Shown here: piece after piece, positions 9,574 through 18,831 of the stretch
Layout: each line of letters starts with the position of its first letter
Numbering within the stretch: the stretch's first letter is position 1
Source of the DNA: an uncultured Nitrososphaerales archaeon
Lineage (GTDB): Archaea; Thermoproteota; Nitrososphaeria; Nitrososphaerales; Gagatemarchaeaceae
Assembly: GCA_963706445.1 (NCBI GenBank)
Contig: OY970160.1
Span: 1,312,001 to 1,376,000, forward strand
Reading direction: 5' to 3'
Length of the DNA: 64,000 bases
Position numbers and translations under genes: made by a program
The notes under the pieces: generated by a model
The model's database searches: none
What the model was told of the DNA's origin: nothing
What the model saw: only the letters and a program-made list of their open reading frames with translations

Positions 9574-10131
9574 TTAGGTGGGCTCATCCTTGTCTCGGAT
9601 AGACACCTTGTAGAGCACGACCGCTGCGAAGAATGCCACCAGGACGGGGAGGAGAATCACGGCGTCCGAAAGAGCCGGCTGATGGGCTATGTTATAGATG
9701 CGGGAGGAGTAGCTAGGCGTGTTCGCCCCATTCTGGGCGTATGTTACATTGCTCCCAAGGTTGGTCAGAGTGCCCTGATCGGAGGTCGTGATGGCTGTTG
9801 TCTGGATCGAGGTGCTCGACGACCTCGCAGTCGTGGTGCCGGTGGCGACTTCGCTCTCGTTTGACGGGTGTACCTGCTGGGGCGAAGTGGCGCCGCCGAA
9901 GGTAGCACTTGAACTCGAGGACGTCGCGCTCAAGAGGGTGGTCGATGACATAGTCACGGTTGCGGCGGAAGTCGCCATGGAGGTGGACGACGTGGCCTGG
10001 CTGGAAGCCGAGGGAGAAAAGAGGGCTACCCCTGGGACAGAGCTCAGGCCGCCTCCGACTGTAATGATGGCAAGCCCGAGGAGGATGCCAGCGACCAGAC
10101 CAACTCCGAAGCGTCTGCCTTCCATGCTCAC
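9574..10131 (-). CDS. Ser/Thr-rich membrane protein with N- and C-terminal TM helices
   Basis: Two hydrophobic helices flanking a long S/T-rich low-complexity region. Confidence 0.75.
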   Translation of the reverse strand: MSMEGRRFGVGLVAGILLGLAIITVGGGLSSVPGVALFSPSASSQATSSTSMATSAATVTMSSTTLLSATSSSSSATFGGATSPQQVHPSNESEVATGTTTARSSSTSIQTTAITTSDQGTLTNLGSNVTYAQNGANTPSYSSRIYNIAHQPALSDAVILLPVLVAFFAAVVLYKVSIRDKDEPT

Positions 10132-10165
10132 TCATCTCCACGAAGCGGGTAGATAGTTCTAGTTC

Positions 10166-10600
10166 TCAGAACGGCTTGCGCCTCCAAACCCGCCAGGCTT
10201 CATACCAGAAGACTGCGGCACCTCCCAAGGTCCCGATCACCGCGTAGAGGTCCAGGGAGCTCCTTTCAAGCAGCATGTAGGCTGCTGCTATCGTCGTGAA
10301 GAAGGCGGCGTAGAAACCCAGCCTTGGGAGGTTGAGTCCCCCTATGCTCACGAATGAATGCAGTATGCCAGTGTCGACCTTCTTGGCCAGGACGTATCTT
10401 TCATACTGGTCCTTCACAACGACCCCGAGTTGCACCAGCTTGTCGAGGTGATGAAACGCGACCGATGGGCTGGAGAACCCCAGTGCTTTCTGTATCTCGC
10501 GGACCCCGATGGCCTTCCCGTGCTTCAGCAGGTAGAGATAGACAGTCAGGGTCTTTCCTCTGAGTGCGTAGTCCACCCTATCCCGGGAGGCCTCGGACAA
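10166..10600 (-). CDS. Membrane-tethered winged-HTH transcription factor
   Basis: GVREIQKALGFSSPSVAFHHLDKLVQLGVV wHTH followed by two C-terminal TM helices; TTG start at 10600. Confidence 0.85.
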   Translation of the reverse strand: MSEASRDRVDYALRGKTLTVYLYLLKHGKAIGVREIQKALGFSSPSVAFHHLDKLVQLGVVVKDQYERYVLAKKVDTGILHSFVSIGGLNLPRLGFYAAFFTTIAAAYMLLERSSLDLYAVIGTLGGAAVFWYEAWRVWRRKPF

Positions 10601-10646
10601 CCCGTAGCAACGCCACCCGAGACGAAATAAGTGTGTGTTCGCGTCC

Positions 10647-10665
10647 CAAGAACGGCGCGTTCTTG
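10647..10665. promoter_or_regulatory. Inverted repeat CAAGAACG-N3-CGTTCTTG between divergent genes (candidate operator)
   Basis: Perfect 8-bp inverted repeat read directly from the sequence. Confidence 0.45.
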
Positions 10666-10703
10666 ACGCTGGGACTAACTCGGCTCCCGCCATACCCCCT
10701 GCC

Positions 10704-11972
10704 GTGAACCAGCTCGGTGGAATCACGAAGAAGAGGGTCGTCCTCGGAATCGCTGCCCTCATCGTGGTCGGCGGCTTCGCGCTGGGTCTGCTTTCCAACG
10801 CGGGGCTTTTTGCACCGACGACCTCTAGCACATCGCTCAATGACTTGGAAAACTCGGCTCAGAATGGCGTGACCTTCGGGGTCTCTGGTTCCCCAACCGC
10901 AGGTTACGGTAGCCAGGGAGACACCCAGATCATCGCCTCCACGACAGCCACTTACACTGAGTCTTCGACAACGATCGCGTCGACGACCAGCTCTCCTCCT
11001 GAGACCCTCCAAGTGGGATTGACGGGGAACTCGACTGTAACCCAGGGGACCCCGACCAACGGCGGCGGACTCATCGAGTTCGCGACCGACCTGGGGATAA
11101 GGACGTCCGCACCGGAACAGACAGCCTCGGCGATCTCCGCCCTCGCATACTCAGTCGGCGGGTATGTTGCCTATCAATCGACCTATAGCGAATCGGCCTA
11201 TGTCGTGATCAGGGTCCCGTCGGCCCTCTACCAGCAGGTGCTGAACCAGGTGAAGGCCCTGGGGACATTCCTGAGCGAGACCTCGAACTCCAACGACGTG
11301 TCCGTGCAGTACACCGACATGAACGCGACACTTGCGTCGCTAACGACCGAACAGGGGCAGCTCCTGAAGCTCCTGAACCAGACCAGCACAATCAACTCGA
11401 CCCTCGCCGTGGAGACCCAGCTTCAGCAGGTGAACCAGCAGATCAACGAGGTCGAGAGCCAAATACTCCAGACCAGGACTTTGATTGACTACGCCACCAT
11501 CAACGTTACCGTCAGCATGACTGCCCAATTGACGCCGTTGTCGATGACATTGAGCGCGACCCCTACCAACGGCACCTCCCCGCTAAGCGTGACGTTCAAC
11601 GCAATCGTCAAGGGGGGAGCACAGCCATACGTGGTCAACTACAACTTTGGGGACGGGAGCGCCATCCAGGGGCAGATAGTGATTCACACCTACTACGCCT
11701 CAGGTGACTACAAAGTGCAAGTGAGCGTCACCGACCAGAACGGGACAGTGGCGCAGACGAGCGCCGTGGTGAATGTGGTGGCACCTCCGGGGATCCAGAC
11801 GGGCGTCGGAGGGTTCTTCGGCTATATCGGGGGCCTCTTCGTGAGCGTCATCGAAGGGATAGTGGAAGTGGCGGTAGTTGTGTTACCCCTTGCCGCTGTA
11901 GCCCTAGTAGTGGTCTTCCCATTCTACCGACGCGCCGGGAGGGCTCAGAAGAGCGTCAAACAGAACCAGTAG
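10704..11972 (+). CDS. DUF4349-domain protein with an inserted PKD domain, membrane-anchored
   Basis: GGYV…IRVP…DVSVQYTD…coiled coil…YATINV (DUF4349-like); YNFGDG…HTY…GDYKVQVSVTD (PKD); N- and C-terminal TM; start GTG 10704 or 10635. Confidence 0.85.
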   Translation: MNQLGGITKKRVVLGIAALIVVGGFALGLLSNAGLFAPTTSSTSLNDLENSAQNGVTFGVSGSPTAGYGSQGDTQIIASTTATYTESSTTIASTTSSPPETLQVGLTGNSTVTQGTPTNGGGLIEFATDLGIRTSAPEQTASAISALAYSVGGYVAYQSTYSESAYVVIRVPSALYQQVLNQVKALGTFLSETSNSNDVSVQYTDMNATLASLTTEQGQLLKLLNQTSTINSTLAVETQLQQVNQQINEVESQILQTRTLIDYATINVTVSMTAQLTPLSMTLSATPTNGTSPLSVTFNAIVKGGAQPYVVNYNFGDGSAIQGQIVIHTYYASGDYKVQVSVTDQNGTVAQTSAVVNVVAPPGIQTGVGGFFGYIGGLFVSVIEGIVEVAVVVLPLAAVALVVVFPFYRRAGRAQKSVKQNQ

Positions 11973-12123
11973 ACGGAGCCGCCTTCATCCTCTTGTTCTT
12001 GCGGTAATAGTAGATGGTTATCGCAGGTCCGGAGAGCAGGAAGATTGCCACTACCACCAACATGAGGTCGGCTAGGACGTTGGCCGTCCCCAGAGGCACA
12101 TTAGACAGGACGGAGCTGAACAT
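11956..12123 (-). CDS. Small single-pass membrane protein (55 aa; not in the ORF track)
   Basis: MFSSVLSNVPLGTANVLADLMLVVVAIFLLSGPAITIYYYRKNKRMKAAPSTGSV; AT-rich box about 30 nt upstream. Confidence 0.6.
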   Translation of the reverse strand: MFSSVLSNVPLGTANVLADLMLVVVAIFLLSGPAITIYYYRKNKRMKAAPSTGSV

Positions 12124-12214
12124 TTCCGTTGTCTGTGCCTCGTCGATGTGGTTTTAGAGGATTGCGCTGTCCCGGCTCGACAACCGTATTAGGCGGCCTC
12201 CGACCCCGTTTCAC

Positions 12215-12652
12215 ATGCAGAAGTTCACGGTCCAGCCGACCGAAGTGATGAAAAAGTTCAAGGTGATCGCCGTCGTAGGCGCGTCGAAGAACCCCGAGAA
12301 GGAGGCTTACACTGTTCCGGCGTACCTCCGCGACCACGGGTACACTGTGATCCCTGTCAATCCAACGACGGACTCGATAGACGGGATAAAGTCCTACCCA
12401 TCCCTGGCGGACATCCCTCCGGAGCTAGCGGGGAAAGTCGACGTCGTCGAGGTCTTCAGGCCCTCAGAGGAGTTCCCCGAGGTCGCCAGGCAGGTGGCCG
12501 CCATGAAGGAAAAGACAGGGAGGCCCTTCGTGTTCTGGGGACAGCTACATCTTGAGAACGAGGAAGCGAAGAAGATGCTGGCCGAGGCGAAGGTCGAATA
12601 CGTCATGGACAGGTGCATGAGGGTCGAGCACCAGACGCTAGGATCGCGATGA
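12215..12652 (+). CDS. CoA-binding protein (YccU-like)
   Basis: IAVVGAS, VIPVNP, YPSL, VDVVEVFRPSE, WGQ, MDRC. Confidence 0.92.
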   Translation: MQKFTVQPTEVMKKFKVIAVVGASKNPEKEAYTVPAYLRDHGYTVIPVNPTTDSIDGIKSYPSLADIPPELAGKVDVVEVFRPSEEFPEVARQVAAMKEKTGRPFVFWGQLHLENEEAKKMLAEAKVEYVMDRCMRVEHQTLGSR

Positions 12653-12807
12653 AGAGCAACATGAATGCCGAATGGCATGAAGCCCACGTCATGCCTCCAA
12701 ACCCTACACGAGAAGAAAGGGTCGCCTGGCACGCGGAACTCGCAACCGCCTGCGGTTGTAGGCCCGTCCCGGACAGCCTGTCCGCCGAAGTGAAGGCGTT
12801 AAGATAG
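12649..12807 (+). CDS. Small His/Cys-containing hypothetical protein
   Basis: ATGA overlap with the upstream gene; MNAEWHEAHVMP.NPT.EER.AWH…CGCRPVP. Confidence 0.65.
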   Translation: MKSNMNAEWHEAHVMPPNPTREERVAWHAELATACGCRPVPDSLSAEVKALR

Positions 12808-12937
12808 AAGAAGTCCGGTCGGACTAGCTAGCCTCCCTGGACGGACTTCGCAGATTAGCCACCCGACCTGGCACAGCCGGTTTGAAGCGGAAAAATCTTA
12901 ATCGCTCCCGAAGGGGCGCGTGTGAGAAAATCAGGGA

Positions 12938-14377
12938 ATGCAGTACAAGTACGTCGTCCTCACCAACACGACCATCGGCGCCTTCATGGCGGTCCTCGAC
13001 AGCAATATAGTACTCATCGCCCTGCCGACCATCAGCGCTGACCTGCACGCGAACCCCTTCGAATCTGTGTGGATCATAATGGGGTACATCCTGGTCAACG
13101 CGTCGCTGCTCCTGACCTTCGGGAGGCTGTCCGACATGTTCGGGAGGGTGAGGCTCTACAACCTTGGGTTCGCTGTGTTCACCGTCGGGTCGGCCCTGTG
13201 CAGCATCTCCCCCAGCGGGTTATCACTCGTGATATTCAGGCTGGTCCAAGGCTCTGGAGGAGCCCTACTTTTCTCGAACTCCGCGGCAATCCTCACCGAC
13301 GCTTTTCCTCCGAACGAGAGGGGGAGGGCCCTGGGCCTTAACCAAGTGGCAGGGACCTTCGGGTCCGTCCTCGGCCTCGCGCTGGGAGGGATACTGGCAG
13401 GGTCGGCCCTTGGTTGGAGGTCGATATTCTGGATCAACATACCGATTGGGACATTCGCGACGGTCTGGGCGTACGTCAAGCTCAGGGAGCTGTCGATCCC
13501 GAGCAGAGGGGAGAAGCTGGACCCGCTGGGGAATATCCTCTTCGCGGCAGGACTCTCGCTTTCTCTGGTCGGTCTAATGCTTGGCGCACTGCTGGGATGG
13601 TCCGTCACCTACATCGGAGCGATGGTGGCCGGAGCGCTCTGCGTGGTCGGATTCGTGTTCGCAGAAAGGAAGGTCCGGTTCCCCATGATGGACCTCTCCC
13701 TATTCAAGATCAGGGCCTTCGCGGCTGGGATGGCGAGCAACCTCCTTGCGTCCATTTCGAGGGGAGGCCTCTCCCTGATCCTTGTCTTTTACTTCCAGGG
13801 GGTCCTTCTATACGATGCATTCGATGCGGGGCTGAGGCTGATTCCGTTCTCGGTGGCCTTCGTCATGGTGGGCCCTCTTAGCGGTTATCTGTCCGACAGG
13901 TTCGGTTCGAGGGGGTTCGCGACGGCCGGCCTCCTGGTGGTGTCTGTGGCTCTGTTCTGGCTCGGGCTGCTCCCGTTTTCGACCTATGACCAGATCGTAG
14001 GGCCGATGGCACTTGCAGGGGTCGGGGGCGGGCTGTTCGTCGCCCCCAACGTCGCGTCGATCATGAACGCCACTCCCGCCCAGCGGAGGGGGGTCGCGTC
14101 GGGGATGTCGTCTACGCTCATAAACGCAGGCTTCCTGCTGAGCCTCGGAATCGCTTTCGCAGTCATGGCCAGCAGCGTATCCGGTAGCGTCCTCCAGGAA
14201 ATCTTCTCTGGAACGGCTGTAGCCATCAACCCCATAGCCTTGGACAGCTTCGTCAACGCACTTCACGGGCTGTTCCTCCTGATGGGTTTCGTGAGCCTGT
14301 TTTCGGCCGTGCCGGCGTACATGGCCAAGAAGCCGAAACCGACGTTCGTACCCGTGCAAGAGCCCGAGGCAGACTAG
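12938..14377 (+). CDS. MFS transporter, DHA2/EmrB family
   Basis: LDSNIVLIALP, GRLSDMFGR, RLVQG, WRSIFWIN motifs. Confidence 0.95.
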   Translation: MQYKYVVLTNTTIGAFMAVLDSNIVLIALPTISADLHANPFESVWIIMGYILVNASLLLTFGRLSDMFGRVRLYNLGFAVFTVGSALCSISPSGLSLVIFRLVQGSGGALLFSNSAAILTDAFPPNERGRALGLNQVAGTFGSVLGLALGGILAGSALGWRSIFWINIPIGTFATVWAYVKLRELSIPSRGEKLDPLGNILFAAGLSLSLVGLMLGALLGWSVTYIGAMVAGALCVVGFVFAERKVRFPMMDLSLFKIRAFAAGMASNLLASISRGGLSLILVFYFQGVLLYDAFDAGLRLIPFSVAFVMVGPLSGYLSDRFGSRGFATAGLLVVSVALFWLGLLPFSTYDQIVGPMALAGVGGGLFVAPNVASIMNATPAQRRGVASGMSSTLINAGFLLSLGIAFAVMASSVSGSVLQEIFSGTAVAINPIALDSFVNALHGLFLLMGFVSLFSAVPAYMAKKPKPTFVPVQEPEAD

Positions 14378-16209
14378 CCGGGGCGGTTCCTCAACGGTAA
14401 GGTCTTCTTCAGGTAGGTGTCAAGGATCTCTTCGTTGTTCTCGGCGTGGAAGAAGACAGGGATGTTCTGGGTCGCGGTCGCCTTGAAACTGGTGAGGAGC
14501 CAGTCCCCGTTCTGGAACGCCAGGGTCCGCTCCATGAATGCGTCGTCGATCGCGAAGGTGTCTGAGATGAGCTGGCGGTCGTAGGGCCTGGGCATTGTGG
14601 AGACGAAATAGCTGTGCAGCTGCTGGAGCGCGTTCGTGTTCAGGTGAGCGACCCTCTGGGTGCTGATCCAGCAGTTCAAGTGGTACTTCCGCCCGTGCCT
14701 GAGGAGCCTCTCGACCGCCCGGCTGGACTGGTCTGTGCCGTCCTCCTTCCTTGGGACCTGGGGGATGAACTCCTGGGCCTCGTCGATCACGAAGAGCACC
14801 CTTGGGGAGAGGGTGAAGCTGCGTTTGCGCTTCCTGAATATCTCGTTGATCACGTTGGCCGTCTCGAGCCTTGCGTCCTCGGCTTCGGGGAGGTTGACCA
14901 CGAAGACCCGGGGAGAGGCCTTGTCAAGGGAAAGGACTTCGTCGGCGAGCTTGCTCCAGGTGTAGCCTTCTTCCTCCTCCGGGGTTTCAGGGATCGAGGC
15001 GACGACCGTAGAAAGGCTGTCGAATGTCTTCTTCAGAGAGCTATTCGCGCCGAGGTCCGCGAGTAGGGGCTTGATCCTTTCCAATAGGTCCACCGTCCGC
15101 GGGCTGAACCTCGCCTCGAGCTCGAGCTTGTTCTCTCGGAGGAATTGCTTGATGGTCCCGACTACCTGAGGGACGAGGATCTTCTGCTGGACCGCGCCGT
15201 ATCTGTCGTTCAGGGTGTTGGAGAGTACCTCAATGAGTCCCTCGTAGGTGCTGAACCGAGCGACCTCCTCCTCTCCGGCCAGATGGCTCTGCAGGAACTC
15301 CACCTTTCCGTCCTCGAACAGGCTGGAGATCTTCGGGTAGAACTCCTTCTCCCGAGCGGCGAGGCTTTCGGGGGTGGCGTGGCGCTTGAAGTACTCTGCT
15401 GGGAGGTTCTTGCTGTCCCTGAAAGAGTCGGTGAAGATCACCCTGCTCGGGAGTTCGTTCAGGACGTCGAGGATGTGGATCCCGTACTCGGCTGACAGGT
15501 CGAAGACGACGACCTTGAGGTCTGGGATCGCCCTCAGTGCTTTTCGGATGACCGTGGCTGTCAGGTTGGACTTCCCTGACCCAGTGAAGGCGAACACGCC
15601 CCCCATGTAGTGGATGAGGCTCTCTAGGTTGACCGAGAATGGGATGGAGTCGTCGGTGAATCCGAGGAGGGTGCCGAGGTAGTAGTCATCGGAGTTGCCC
15701 CCGGGGGGTTTGAAGCATATCAGCTGCTGGATCGACTCCTTGCTCAGGAGCTTCACGGGGCTCCCGGTCAGCGGGGCCATGGCCCTACGTTCGTAGGCCA
15801 CCCCTTCATCGGTGGTCTTCATCACATAGCTGATGGGCGCGGCGACAATCTCTATCCATGTACTCTTCGAGCCCTTCTCCCACTCTTTCTGTATGAGCTC
15901 CATGAACTCAGTGCGTATCGCGGCGGGCTGGGACCGGTCGAGGGTCAGCATGGAGTAGTGCATGGGATACACGTCGGCAATCTCATAGAGGGAGTAGGAA
16001 TTTTTCGCTCCAAGAGCCTGGACGTTGGGGATCGCGACAAGCTGACCCATGGCCAACCTCTTGACCACCTTCGGGGTGTACTCGCACTCTATCCGGGCGG
16101 TCCGGAAGGTGACCGTCGAGTTGTCGACTGTGGAACGGGTGGTCGTGGCTATCTCTCTGAGGCGGCCCTTGAATTCGCCGTCGATGTCGTCGAAGGGTAG
16201 CATGGTCAA
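14374..16209 (-). CDS. herA: HerA/FtsK-family ATPase (DUF87-type)
   Basis: Walker A AFTGSGKS, VVVFD…EY, Walker B FVIDEAQ, GRKY, STQR; N-terminal barrel-like region. Confidence 0.88.
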   Translation of the reverse strand: MTMLPFDDIDGEFKGRLREIATTTRSTVDNSTVTFRTARIECEYTPKVVKRLAMGQLVAIPNVQALGAKNSYSLYEIADVYPMHYSMLTLDRSQPAAIRTEFMELIQKEWEKGSKSTWIEIVAAPISYVMKTTDEGVAYERRAMAPLTGSPVKLLSKESIQQLICFKPPGGNSDDYYLGTLLGFTDDSIPFSVNLESLIHYMGGVFAFTGSGKSNLTATVIRKALRAIPDLKVVVFDLSAEYGIHILDVLNELPSRVIFTDSFRDSKNLPAEYFKRHATPESLAAREKEFYPKISSLFEDGKVEFLQSHLAGEEEVARFSTYEGLIEVLSNTLNDRYGAVQQKILVPQVVGTIKQFLRENKLELEARFSPRTVDLLERIKPLLADLGANSSLKKTFDSLSTVVASIPETPEEEEGYTWSKLADEVLSLDKASPRVFVVNLPEAEDARLETANVINEIFRKRKRSFTLSPRVLFVIDEAQEFIPQVPRKEDGTDQSSRAVERLLRHGRKYHLNCWISTQRVAHLNTNALQQLHSYFVSTMPRPYDRQLISDTFAIDDAFMERTLAFQNGDWLLTSFKATATQNIPVFFHAENNEEILDTYLKKTLPLRNRPG

Positions 16210-18026
16210 GACTTCCTTTTGCCTTCTATTTGACTGCGGTAATCCCTGAACCTACGGGAGAAAAGGACCTGCTGGTCGAGGTCGGACTTCGCCATCTCGA
16301 TCGCCACCGCCCCCAGGTAGGCCTGGCGAGTCTCTTCGAGGATGGACTTTGCCTTCTTGTCTGCGAGGAACAACGGGTAGTTGTGCCCGAGAGCCTCGGG
16401 GACGACCTCCTTCCCCATCTCTGTCAGCAGGGCCATGCAAAGGTTTGTCAGGGGAGAGCCTCGATGGAAATGGAGGACAGGGCTGATCTTTCCATCGACC
16501 GGGCCGTCCTTGTTGTAGAGTAGGACTTCGTCCCAGTGGTCGAAGCCGGGGTACACGGGCCTGTCGTAGGTGAAGACATGGCTCCTTACGCTGGGAGTAG
16601 TAGTGCTGCTCCAAAGCTGGATGTACGTCTTAACGTAGACCCGTTCCTGGTAGATCACGTTCTCGTAGGCGCCGTTGACGCGCGCTTCGCCTTTGCCGAG
16701 GGAGGGGTCGTCGACCGGGGCCGTCGTCCTGAACGCGGCGTCGATGTCAGGCGTATGCCAGGGGGTAGGGATTTCGTCCGAATTGGCGACGCTGTTCGTC
16801 TGAAGCAGCATCTTGTCGCTGTTGAAATTCGGGAACTTGCGGGAAGGATTCCACAGACCTGCGTGCTCTAGCACCGGGATCACAGAGTTCACCAGCTCGA
16901 AGGCGTTCGTGTCCTTTACGAAGCCGATAGGGAGGACCCGTTCCTCCCAGGCGCGCCGGGTGAGGGCGCGGATGAAGACCAGTACAAGGAAATCCAGGTC
17001 GTCCGCCGTGATCCATGCCTGACTCCCGCCCTTCGTGATCCTCAGCGGGTGACCCCCCTTCGGGTCGAAGATGTGCTCCGACACTTGCAAGGCGGCGCTC
17101 AGGACGCGGTCCCAGTACCCGCTGACCTCCACTTTGAGCTTGAACGAAGGGGACGTCGTCTCGAAGATGCCGAACAGCTTGTCCAGTTTCAGGAGGTCTT
17201 CTTCCAGCCTCCCGAGCCACCCCTTGTCCGCCCCTGTTCTGGATATCAGCCCCTCGGTGGTGAGGGCTTCGCCTCCGAAGAGTTCCATGATTGCGGCAAA
17301 CTTCAGGAGCTGGCTCCTCGGGGACGGTTGCGAGAGTTCCTTGTTGGGGAGGAGCATCCTCACGAGTTCGAGGTCGAACGCAGTGACATTGCCCAAGGGG
17401 GTTTCGAACCCCTCCAGGACGCAGAGCTTCGACCTGATGAAGTCCCTGGTGCTCCAGACGAGATGGCCGACGTCCCCGGCCAGCGTCCTGTCGAGTAGGA
17501 CAATCCTCGGCCCCGGAGCCCGGACGATCCCCCTGTATGCAAGATAGTATTCGGCCAGGTGCATCAGGGCGGTGGGAAGACGCTCTGCATCGACCTCTAC
17601 CCCTGATTCCCGCTTCTGCCCGAAGACCTCGGCCGCGTCCTCTTCGGAAAGCGGGACGGCAGCGGAGACCGAGAGATTCCCTTCCATGGCCCTTGGATCG
17701 CTGACCTCGACTCCGGTGGGAGAGAAGGTCATGCTTCCGCCGTAGGCGAAGGCGCCCACGTAGAAGACTAACAGATCCAGCTGCTGGTCGACGGAGTCCG
17801 TGCCGTCGATGGCGAAATAGTCCACAGTGTCAGAGCCGAAGAAGTCCCGGGCAGTCTGGGTCGCCGCATGAAGGTCGACTCCGAATCTGAGAAGGGACCT
17901 GACGTCAGGCCCGCACTCCTTGAGGTCTGCCATCTTGGATTTGAATGAGTTGAGCAAGAATCGAGTCGAAGCCTGGACCTCGGCGATCGCCTTTGATTCG
18001 GCGCTGGTGCTTTCGACCTCGGACAA
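16206..18026 (-). CDS. nurA: Large NurA-family nuclease with a central insertion
   Basis: AIDGT, MHLAEY, LLDRTL, GFVKD, HNYPLFLAD motifs match the NurA RNase H-like core; overlaps herA. Confidence 0.75.
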   Translation of the reverse strand: MSEVESTSAESKAIAEVQASTRFLLNSFKSKMADLKECGPDVRSLLRFGVDLHAATQTARDFFGSDTVDYFAIDGTDSVDQQLDLLVFYVGAFAYGGSMTFSPTGVEVSDPRAMEGNLSVSAAVPLSEEDAAEVFGQKRESGVEVDAERLPTALMHLAEYYLAYRGIVRAPGPRIVLLDRTLAGDVGHLVWSTRDFIRSKLCVLEGFETPLGNVTAFDLELVRMLLPNKELSQPSPRSQLLKFAAIMELFGGEALTTEGLISRTGADKGWLGRLEEDLLKLDKLFGIFETTSPSFKLKVEVSGYWDRVLSAALQVSEHIFDPKGGHPLRITKGGSQAWITADDLDFLVLVFIRALTRRAWEERVLPIGFVKDTNAFELVNSVIPVLEHAGLWNPSRKFPNFNSDKMLLQTNSVANSDEIPTPWHTPDIDAAFRTTAPVDDPSLGKGEARVNGAYENVIYQERVYVKTYIQLWSSTTTPSVRSHVFTYDRPVYPGFDHWDEVLLYNKDGPVDGKISPVLHFHRGSPLTNLCMALLTEMGKEVVPEALGHNYPLFLADKKAKSILEETRQAYLGAVAIEMAKSDLDQQVLFSRRFRDYRSQIEGKRKS

Positions 18027-18146
18027 TGTCCGAGTCGGCCACCGTTAGGAGTTTAAACTTTGGATTGCTTCACGGCGCCGAGGAGGGTCGTATGTGAAAG
18101 TGTCCGAAGCAACGCTAATTAGGGCGGGGAGGCCCATTGAAGGGGG

Positions 18147-18455
18147 TTGAAGTTCCGCCTCGAGCACAAGCTCCCGAAGAAGCTCAGGTACGCCAAGGTG
18201 TACTTCGAGGCCGGCCCGACTTCGCTGTTGTTCTCCCTCGATGGGACAAGCGCCGATTGGCACGCGAGCATCGGAAGAAGGAAGAAGGTTCGGCTGACGG
18301 ACGCTCAGTACACGAGGCTCCGCACCGAGATTCCAGCCGTGGAGGTCCTCGACGACGACGGGAGGAAGGTGCTGATCCGGAACGCCGCAGGCCACGAGGA
18401 ATTATGGGAGAAGCCAGCCTGGGTGCTTTCACGCGCGCAAAAGCGTCACGAGTGA
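18147..18455 (+). CDS. Hypothetical protein
   Basis: 102 aa ORF with coding-like composition, divergent from nurA. Confidence 0.6.
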   Translation: MKFRLEHKLPKKLRYAKVYFEAGPTSLLFSLDGTSADWHASIGRRKKVRLTDAQYTRLRTEIPAVEVLDDDGRKVLIRNAAGHEELWEKPAWVLSRAQKRHE

Positions 18456-18509
18456 GAGAGGCTGCAGTTCTGTCGCAGTTCAACCCATCAGTAACACGCT
18501 GGGCTAACC

Positions 18510-18809
18510 CTAGTCGTTAAGGAATCTCTTGATGCCCGTCCCGAACATCAGCATCGTCAGCCAGAAACCGACCAGCAGCACCGGAAGCGCGAAGCTGTCG
18601 TAGTCGCCTAGCGCAGCAAGTGCCACTCCGATTATCGTGGCCGCGACGAAGTTCGAGACCCCCCAAAGGACGTTGGTCCGGGGAGAAGATTTCTGCCCGA
18701 ACGGGCTCCTGAATATCTTCCCCGCCGCACCGAATGTGAAGTGGGGGACCCCGTTGCCCAAGAGGAACCCTATGATTAGATACCAGAACAGAAAGAGATC
18801 GAAGGCCAT
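18510..18809 (-). CDS. Small membrane protein
   Basis: Three hydrophobic segments; NGVPHF…G..FRSPF…SS…NVLWG motif. Confidence 0.75.
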   Translation of the reverse strand: MAFDLFLFWYLIIGFLLGNGVPHFTFGAAGKIFRSPFGQKSSPRTNVLWGVSNFVAATIIGVALAALGDYDSFALPVLLVGFWLTMLMFGTGIKRFLND

Positions 18810-18831
18810 GGGGAGCACGAGAGTCCAGGCA

